A stretch of DNA of 64,000 nucleotides, taken from assembly GCA_964549615.1 (NCBI GenBank), contig CAZJVP010000099.1:1-64000 (forward strand), in the 5' to 3' direction. Position 1 is the stretch's first letter, and the number at the start of each line of letters is the position of its first letter. Below the pieces are notes generated by a model that was not told where the DNA came from, searched no databases, and saw only the letters and a list, made by a program, of their open reading frames with translations. Made by a program: the position numbers and the translations under genes. The stretch comes from an uncultured Thermococci archaeon. Lineage in GTDB: Archaea > CAYQAE01 > CAYVLA01. This document shows positions 57,430-64,000 of this stretch, piece by piece.

Positions 57430-58290
57430 TTGGAGGGCGGAAACCGATCCCTTTTCCAGCGCGCGATGACCTTCGTCCTAGCATGCATCGCGCTCGGGCT
57501 GCCGGAGATCGCCTCCATACAAGTACCCGTCAGCGCCACAGTGCTCAACGCGCCGCCCAGGGTCCTGTCCGTGGCCGTTCGAGACGCGTCCGTGGACCCG
57601 AGATCCCCCTTTGTCATCGTGGTTGAGGTGGAGGACAACAACACCCTTTACGACGTTCGCGAAGTCCGCGTCGAGCTTGCTTGCACCGCGGTCGATCTCA
57701 CGGTCACTGTGGTCTGGACCCCGGAAGGATTCGACGTGCTTGAAGGTCCGGGCGAGATCTCAACATATGCGTGCAAGGTCCCGGCCAACCTTGGTTCGCC
57801 AAACGGCACGTGGGCTTTCGCGGCCATACTGCGGGGCGATGCCCCAGCCGGGTCGTGGCTGGTCCGAGCGCTGGTCTGCGACGAGGAGTCTTGCGCTGAA
57901 GCATCGACTGTCATCTCGGTGAACACGTACGTTTCGATCGCGATAGCCGACCCGGCTGGCCTGAACCTAACCTCGGTTCGGGCCGGAGGCTACAGTGCGA
58001 CTGCGCTCAACGTCATCTACACTTCGAACGCTGACGTCGACCTACTCATGTCCTCAACCGGGTTCGTCGGGGTCGAGCAGGACAGCTTCAGACTCCCGCC
58101 CTCGGCCTTCGCCGCGTGGGTTGGAGCGAACCGCCCCACCCAGCTTTCGGCGGAGCCCAAGCTGATTGCGTCGAGGCTCCCTCGCGGCAGCGTAACCCCT
58201 CTCAGGGTGGCGCTTTCGGTCACCGTGCCGCAGCCATTCTACGACCAGGAGTACAGGGGCTTGATCACGGTGACTTTGCGGGCATCGTAG
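57430..58290 (+). CDS. secreted beta-sandwich surface protein (pilin/S-layer-like module)
   Basis: Signal-like hydrophobic stretch, VPVSATVLNAPP, and C-terminal YRGLITVTL; similar to the N-terminus of the giant protein. Confidence 0.7.
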   Translation: MEGGNRSLFQRAMTFVLACIALGLPEIASIQVPVSATVLNAPPRVLSVAVRDASVDPRSPFVIVVEVEDNNTLYDVREVRVELACTAVDLTVTVVWTPEGFDVLEGPGEISTYACKVPANLGSPNGTWAFAAILRGDAPAGSWLVRALVCDEESCAEASTVISVNTYVSIAIADPAGLNLTSVRAGGYSATALNVIYTSNADVDLLMSSTGFVGVEQDSFRLPPSAFAAWVGANRPTQLSAEPKLIASRLPRGSVTPLRVALSVTVPQPFYDQEYRGLITVTLRAS

Positions 58291-58519
58291 GGCATCCTGA
58301 ATCCTTTAACCCCGGATAGACTCCAGCCTTTTTTCGCAAGGCTTCTCACCTACAGGCATATGGGATGCAGCGCGGAGACATCCCCGCCAGTCCACGCATG
58401 AAAGGTCAGCGCCCGGCTTGGGGAGTCCCCGTCGCCCTGCCGCCGATTCGTTGAGTCTGGGGCGCGGCTCGCGGCCCGGTGGGAATGGCTTAAGAAGGCG
58501 GCCGTCGAGCCTAGGGTGA

Positions 58520-59668
58520 ATGAAGATCGCTCGGATCACCGAGAGGTACCCTGCGCAATCCAAGGAGATCAATAGGGGTCTGATCCCCAACGTCCACTAC
58601 CTCTCCAAGTTCCAAAGCGAGATGGGGGACCAGGTCACCATCTACACCGTGCGGGAGCCCGGCCAACCCGCGCACCAGCGGGAAGGCTCGGTCGAGGTCG
58701 TCAGGATTAAGAAACCCCCCATGACGCGCACTTTCATGGGACTTAGGATCTGTCAGGCGATCCGAAAATCGGGCCAGCGGCCTGACGTCGTCCATTCGCT
58801 GAATCCGCTGCCGCTTGGATGGCTATTTTCGAGGGCGCGGAAGATCCTTCCCGCAAAGTACGTCATGTCCGTGCATGCCTCCATAGACAGCCGGACGCAG
58901 ATCGCGGGGTGGCCCTCACCTAGGAAGCTCTACGTGCAGGAGTTCAGAAGGCTTGCTGCCGAGCTGGCAAGAGCGGTGGATCTGGTTCTGCCCGTATCTC
59001 GTTTCATTCGAAAGGAACTGATGGCAACCGGGGTAGACCCCAGGATGATGAGAGTCATCCCTTCTGGGGTCGAGACGGACCTTTTCACCCCCAGAGAGCT
59101 GCGTTCCGGCGAGGCAAGAAGCATCCTCTACGTGGGAAGGTTCTCCTCTGGGAAGGGCATACCCCACCTTCTGCACGCGTTTCACGTCCTCGAAAGGAGG
59201 CATGACCTCAAACTGACCCTCGCTGGTGGAACCACCGAGGACGACGGGTACCGAGAAGTGCTCTCCGAGATAGCGAGACTGGGCCTCGGCAAGAACGTGG
59301 AGATCCGGCCCCCGGTCCCCCACACCATGCTGCCCGAGTTGTACCGCTCCAGCGACATCGTCGTGCTACCTTCAGATAAGGAGGCGCTCGGGAAGGTTCT
59401 TCTCGAAGCAATGGCCTGCTCGGTGCCGGTGATTGCCTCAAGCAGCGGTGGGGTCGCAGATATCGTCGATGATGGCAAGACGGGGATCCTCGTACCGTGC
59501 CGGGATGCCCGGTCCCTTGCCGATGCCTTGGACTTGCTCATAAGGGATGATCGCCTGCGACGCAGAATGGGCCTGGCAGCCCGAAGGAAGGCGGAGGAGT
59601 TCGACTGGAAGATCGTGGCCCGCCGTTACACCGAGGCTTTCGAGTCCGTCTGCGGGCGGGGTGGATGA
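58520..59668 (+). CDS. GT4 family glycosyltransferase
   Basis: YVGRF...KG, PS.KEALGKVLLEAMAC. Confidence 0.9.
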   Translation: MKIARITERYPAQSKEINRGLIPNVHYLSKFQSEMGDQVTIYTVREPGQPAHQREGSVEVVRIKKPPMTRTFMGLRICQAIRKSGQRPDVVHSLNPLPLGWLFSRARKILPAKYVMSVHASIDSRTQIAGWPSPRKLYVQEFRRLAAELARAVDLVLPVSRFIRKELMATGVDPRMMRVIPSGVETDLFTPRELRSGEARSILYVGRFSSGKGIPHLLHAFHVLERRHDLKLTLAGGTTEDDGYREVLSEIARLGLGKNVEIRPPVPHTMLPELYRSSDIVVLPSDKEALGKVLLEAMACSVPVIASSSGGVADIVDDGKTGILVPCRDARSLADALDLLIRDDRLRRRMGLAARRKAEEFDWKIVARRYTEAFESVCGRGG

Positions 59669-59768
59669 AACAACGTTAAATCCATCCGGTCGCCTGGTCA
59701 TCCACGACATGGTACATTCAGGGACGGGTTGCGAATCTTAATAAGACGGCGTCAGGTAAGCGCGAAAC

Positions 59769-60770
59769 ATGCCTTACGACCGGGTGTTGGTGACCGGAGG
59801 GCTCGGATTCATCGGGTCCGTCGTCTCCGAGCGGTTCCTTCAGCAGGGCTCCGAGGTCACCGTCCTCGACTCCATGATCTCGAACGTGATCGAGCCGGAA
59901 TCCCTCTTGGACCGCTATCCAAAGGCAAGGGTCGTCTTCTCCTCTGTAGAGGAGTTCTTCACGGACGGAGCCGGGGTGCCCGGCCATGACCTAGTCATCC
60001 ATGCCGCAAGCTTCGTCGGGCCCGCATCCATCGTCCAATACCAGGGCGCGGTTGGACATAGCATCGTCTCGGATGCCGCGAAGATCATCAAGGCCTGCCT
60101 GGCCTGGGACATCCCCCTGGTCTTCATATCCTCGGCCGAGGTCTACGGAAGGAGCGGAATCCTGAGCGAGGACTCGGAAATCCGCGTCCCCCCGTACTAT
60201 AACGCCCGCATCGAGTATGCGCTGGCCAAGCTGACCAGCGAGGCCATGGTCGTGAACAGCCATGCGCAGGGGCTGAGAGCGGTTGTGGTTAGACCCTTCA
60301 ACGTCGCGGGGCCACGCCAGAGCCGTGCAGGAGGCTTCGTCATGCCCACGTTCGTCCAGCAGGCTTTGGGCAACAAGCCTCTGACCGTGTTTGGGACAGG
60401 CATGCAGAAGAGAGCGTTCCTAGGAGTTCGGGACCTCGCTGACTTCTTCGCTGGATACGTGGCCGACGGCACGTTCGACACCCCCAAGATCTACAATGTC
60501 GGGAACCCAAAGAACGCCACGACCATCGAGGATCTCGCGCGTCGGATAATTGAACTCCTCGACAGCAAGTCGCAGATCGTCCATGTCAACCCGCAGTCCG
60601 TCTACGGTCCCCTCTACTACGAGGCTGAGAGCTTCGAGAAGCTGCCAGACATAAGCAACGCCTCGGCGCTGGGCTGGTCGCCAAAGCAAGGCTTGGACGA
60701 GATCATCCTGGAGACCGCCGAATTCTACCGCCACAACCGGGATACACGTGGGGCAGATGCTCGCAGTTAG
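59769..60770 (+). CDS. NAD-dependent nucleotide-sugar epimerase/decarboxylase (extended SDR)
   Basis: TGGLGFIGS, HAAS.VG, SSAEVYG, YALAK, RPFNVAGPRQ. Confidence 0.88.
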   Translation: MPYDRVLVTGGLGFIGSVVSERFLQQGSEVTVLDSMISNVIEPESLLDRYPKARVVFSSVEEFFTDGAGVPGHDLVIHAASFVGPASIVQYQGAVGHSIVSDAAKIIKACLAWDIPLVFISSAEVYGRSGILSEDSEIRVPPYYNARIEYALAKLTSEAMVVNSHAQGLRAVVVRPFNVAGPRQSRAGGFVMPTFVQQALGNKPLTVFGTGMQKRAFLGVRDLADFFAGYVADGTFDTPKIYNVGNPKNATTIEDLARRIIELLDSKSQIVHVNPQSVYGPLYYEAESFEKLPDISNASALGWSPKQGLDEIILETAEFYRHNRDTRGADARS

Positions 60771-61452
60771 GCCGATCCGCTCGGTACTCGTTGTGGCGCC
60801 CCACGCCGACGACGAAGCCGTGGGGGCAGGCGGCCTGATCGCCAAGCTGACGAATTCAGACGTCTCGGTCAGGGTCTTGTTCATGGCTGTGGACGGTTTT
60901 CACCACTACGGCATCGAGCGGAACACGACGCTCGCAGAGAGGAAGCAGGAGATCGAGAAGGCCTCCGCAACCTTGGGATTCGAATACAGGATCGTCTACG
61001 AGGGGCGTGACCTAATGGAGAAGCTGGACACAGTCCCCCAAAGGGACCTAGTCGATCTGTACGAAAGCGAGCTGAACGAGCACCGGCCAGACATGGTGCT
61101 TCTGCCCCACGGCATGGACTTCGACCAAGACCATGTCGCGTGCTTCAGGGCGGCTCTCGCGGCGACAAGGCCCATACCTGAGGGCCTTGGCAAACACTTC
61201 CCTGCCAAGGTGCTGACGTACGAGATGCCCAAGCTGGTCTGGTCCGAACAACCCTTCCGGCCCACGGTTTACTGGGACATAACGAGGGAGATCGATGTTA
61301 AACTTAGAGCCGTCGCGAGTTACACCAGCCAGCTCAGGAAACCTCCACACATCCGCAGCCCGGAGAACATCAGATGCCTAGCGCGCCTAAGAGGGAGCGA
61401 GATCGGAGTGGAATTTGCTGAGGCCTATCACGCTCTGAGATGGGTAGTATAG
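60748..61452 (+). CDS. PIG-L/LmbE family N-acetylhexosamine deacetylase
   Basis: APHADDE..GAGG, R..E, D.DQDH, K..A...Y.SQ, AEAY. Confidence 0.88.
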   Translation: MGQMLAVRPIRSVLVVAPHADDEAVGAGGLIAKLTNSDVSVRVLFMAVDGFHHYGIERNTTLAERKQEIEKASATLGFEYRIVYEGRDLMEKLDTVPQRDLVDLYESELNEHRPDMVLLPHGMDFDQDHVACFRAALAATRPIPEGLGKHFPAKVLTYEMPKLVWSEQPFRPTVYWDITREIDVKLRAVASYTSQLRKPPHIRSPENIRCLARLRGSEIGVEFAEAYHALRWVV

Positions 61453-61459
61453 CCAGTCT

Positions 61460-62404
61460 TTGAGTCCTAGGGCCGGGCTCCGGGCGGAGCTAGATAAGCA
61501 GGAAGGGCCGGTCATGTCGGCGAAAAGCGGACCCAGGGTCTTGATCATAATCGTTAACTGGAATGGGGAGAGATACCTCGGCAGCTGCATCGAGGCCGCG
61601 ATGGCGAACAACTACCCGAACATAGACATCCTTGTCGTGGACAACGCCAGCACCGATGGGAGCATTGGTGTCGTTGCGCGATATCCTTCCGTCGGGCTGA
61701 TCCAGCTCCCAGAGAACAAGGGCTGGGGGAGCGGGATCAACGCGGGACTCGCAAGCGACAGGGCTCGGTTGGCCCACTTCTACCTCTGCATGAATAACGA
61801 CGTGAACCTCGATCAGAACGCCGTGCAGGCCCTAGTTGCTTGCGCAGAGCGGCACAGGGATTTCGGCATTCTTTCGCCCACGCTTCTTAACCGCCATGGC
61901 GCCTTCACACATTCAGGAGGATTCTTCACCCACCTGGGCTGGTGGAAGCCCCACATCGTTGGCGAGGGCAGCGGAGACCTCACCGAGCTCGACATCGTGA
62001 TCGGGGCCGCCATGTTCGTCCGCAGGGAAGTCGTTGCCAAGATAGGGGGTTTCGACCCTGAGTTCTTTCTATACCGGGAGGACGTTGACTACTGTCGAAG
62101 GGCCAAGCACTACGGATTCCGGGTCGGCGTGGTCCATCGAGCGAGAGCAGTCCACGTTGGGGGAGCGACTACAACCAAGGTCGCAGAGAGCCAGTCCGCC
62201 GAGAGCATGACGAGCCCAGACTTGGTGCACGTCTACGCCGTCAGTTGCATCAAGTACGCCTTCAAGCACCTCACGACGGCGCAACTCTTGCGCTGGCTGT
62301 TGACCGCCAGAGGCAGATCCTCCTGGTACCTGGTTCCGAACTTGTGGCCAAGCTTGGCCCGAATTCGCAAGAAAGGACTGTCAAAAGTGGAGGTTGGAGC
62401 CTAG
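61460..62404 (+). CDS. GT2 family glycosyltransferase
   Basis: IIVNWNG, VVDNASTDGS, N.G...G.N.G, NND, GAAM, GGFD..FF.Y.ED.DY. Confidence 0.9.
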   Translation: MSPRAGLRAELDKQEGPVMSAKSGPRVLIIIVNWNGERYLGSCIEAAMANNYPNIDILVVDNASTDGSIGVVARYPSVGLIQLPENKGWGSGINAGLASDRARLAHFYLCMNNDVNLDQNAVQALVACAERHRDFGILSPTLLNRHGAFTHSGGFFTHLGWWKPHIVGEGSGDLTELDIVIGAAMFVRREVVAKIGGFDPEFFLYREDVDYCRRAKHYGFRVGVVHRARAVHVGGATTTKVAESQSAESMTSPDLVHVYAVSCIKYAFKHLTTAQLLRWLLTARGRSSWYLVPNLWPSLARIRKKGLSKVEVGA

Positions 62405-62606
62405 GCCGGATCCTGAGCTTTGAAGCACCAGCCCCTTTCCGGGGCCAAGGAGGGGCATATGGGGAAGATCTTGAAGCTTTGGCCCCAGCCGTTTGTATCG
62501 GGGCCTCTTCCTGTCCCACGATCCGACAATATCCGTCCGGCGAAAACCGCCTCGAGATACATCGGATGCACGTGATGTTATAAGGCTAGAAAGCCAAGGA
62601 CTAGCG

Positions 62607-63635
62607 TTGACCACCCTCCCTGCGGTCTCGGTCATCGTCCCTTTAGGCAAGCACAACGAGCTACTGGAACCTGTCGTGGCCGCTATCCTCTCCCTTGACT
62701 ATCCCGGATTCGAGGTCATAATGACGGAGGGTTCGAAGGGCGAGGCCGAGAGCATGTTGCGAAGGTATCCGGACGGGAAGATCACGTATGTTAAGGGGAC
62801 GTGCAAGAACCCTGCCGGGCTGAGGAACCTGGGCGTCGCCGCGGCGAGGAACGATCTTCTTGCCTTCCTTGACTCAGACTGCATTCCGGAGCCATCATGG
62901 CTCAAAGAGCTCGTGATCGCCAAGGAGACTCTCAAGGTACGAATGGTCGTGGGCGCGACGCGGTCTGCCAATGCGGACTCGAACAGATGGGCCAGGGTTG
63001 CGGCAAAGCGGTACGCAATGTGGTTTGCGGGGGCCACGAGGGGGTCTTTCGTGGCGAGGATCGACACCAAGAATCTCCTTGTCGAGAAGAGCTACCTCGT
63101 ATCTCTCGGGCTCTTCGACGAGAAATTGGACTCCAAGGAGGACAGGGATCTGGGCCTTAGGGTCTTGAGATCGGGGGACCAGATCGGGTATGCCCCAAAG
63201 GCCGTGGTAAGACACTTCGACCCCCAGAGCGTCCGGGCGCTGTACAGGAGAGCAGTCTGGTACGCGAGGGGGATGAGGCAGTTCAGGGCGAAGTACGGGG
63301 TCGGGCTCTTCTCCCAAAATCCGGATCCCATCTACCACAAGAGATATGCGGGCGAGGGCAACTGGGCAATGCTCTCGATCGCCTGGTTTGCCTGCGTGGC
63401 GGCATTGGCTTGGACCCGTTGGGCTAGGGGAACGGAACTTGCGATTCTGCTGTTAGTGGGGATCTTCATCCTTGTCATGGCTTTTCGGTCGCTGCTCAAG
63501 TCTTTCGCCAAGTTCCTCCTCGGCCGAACAAGCTGGGAGGACTTCGTCTTCGATCTCGTGACAGACCTGGGACACAAGGTCGGGTGGGTTTCTACGCTGC
63601 CCGCTTCCCGTGGGAGAAGAGAAGGCACGACATGA
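62607..63635 (+). CDS. GT2 family glycosyltransferase with C-terminal TM
   Basis: VSVIVP, RNLG......LAFLDSDC.P, G.FDE....EDRDLG.R; TTATAAG box ~25 nt before TTG 62607. Confidence 0.87.
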   Translation: MTTLPAVSVIVPLGKHNELLEPVVAAILSLDYPGFEVIMTEGSKGEAESMLRRYPDGKITYVKGTCKNPAGLRNLGVAAARNDLLAFLDSDCIPEPSWLKELVIAKETLKVRMVVGATRSANADSNRWARVAAKRYAMWFAGATRGSFVARIDTKNLLVEKSYLVSLGLFDEKLDSKEDRDLGLRVLRSGDQIGYAPKAVVRHFDPQSVRALYRRAVWYARGMRQFRAKYGVGLFSQNPDPIYHKRYAGEGNWAMLSIAWFACVAALAWTRWARGTELAILLLVGIFILVMAFRSLLKSFAKFLLGRTSWEDFVFDLVTDLGHKVGWVSTLPASRGRREGTT

Positions 63636-64000
63636 GAGATCCATTCCAGGATGCATGGAACGCAAGATAGTAGGTGACCATGGCAAGCTTCTCGGCTAGG
63701 CCGGTCCCCTCCGACCAGACGTGCGGCAACCTGCGCAACTTTGCAAGCATCCGTGCGCCGACCAGACGGAGCGTCGCAAGCGGCGCGGCCGCGTCCTTGG
63801 ATAGATTTGCCTCCTCCCGTCCTCTGCGGCGCGCCTTGAACACCAACGATATGGCATCGGTTGGAAAATCGTGGAGGACGGGGGCATTGACTGGGACGAG
63901 TCGGTAGCCCGCGGCAACGAACCTTCGGTGGAACTCCCAGTCGACGTTCAGTCTGATATCCTCCCGGAAGCCTCCGAGGCTGAGAAATACGTCCTTCCTA
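63592..64000 (-). CDS. GT2 family glycosyltransferase, C-terminal part (runs off window)
   Basis: Frame open from the window end: RKDVFLSLGGFREDIRLNVDWEFHRRF...H. Confidence 0.7.
   Translation of the reverse strand, partial: RKDVFLSLGGFREDIRLNVDWEFHRRFVAAGYRLVPVNAPVLHDFPTDAISLVFKARRRGREEANLSKDAAAPLATLRLVGARMLAKLRRLPHVWSEGTGLAEKLAMVTYYLAFHASWNGSLMSCLLFSHGKRAA

Noticed and set aside
58300-58500. Possible small RNA (TTTAAC box, GGGATG/CATCCC hairpin)
   Set aside because: A single 6-bp stem is insufficient evidence.
1-64000. Numerous antisense or alternate-frame ORFs (e.g. 4532..5260, 6411..7337, 16007..16771, 48992..49873), plus CRISPR, tRNA, rRNA and IS elements
   Set aside because: The ORFs are shadows of well-supported genes in GC-rich DNA. 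I saw no spaced direct repeats, cloverleafs or transposase motifs by eye.

Overview
GC-rich archaeal DNA (TATA-like boxes, GGAGG-type RBSs, many TTG/GTG and probable CTG starts, an AglH/ALG7-type transferase, DUF354 and RAD55/KaiC-like proteins; a TACK-type lineage is my inference). The window has two parts. (1) 1-5.2 kb: a regulatory-looking island. It holds a P-loop-degenerate KaiC/RAD55-like protein, a small helical protein, four paralogues of a family I cannot name (coiled coil with an RhxxhE trimer motif, a winged helix with conserved TKY...RH[IV]LSIL...GR.N.Y, and in three copies a C-terminal ferredoxin-like domain) and a coiled-coil-only mini-paralogue. Each of the six complete genes has its own TATA-like box. 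This is the best candidate for an undescribed system. (2) 5.5-64 kb: a very large surface-glycan locus. Core genes are 10 GT4, 4 GT2, 2 DUF354, 2 GalU-like, a WecC-like dehydrogenase, 2 SDR epimerases, an AglH-like transferase and an ABC-2 exporter. Unusual tailoring genes include a plant-type glucuronokinase, a BKACE, three tandem HprK-like kinases, a FemAB-like protein, two B12 radical SAM enzymes and three deacetylases. Two paralogous secreted proteins combine a prenyltransferase-repeat barrel with a PHP-like domain, and the larger one also carries a surface module that recurs as a stand-alone gene. I saw no rRNA, tRNA, CRISPR array or transposase. All assignments come from motif recognition by eye.
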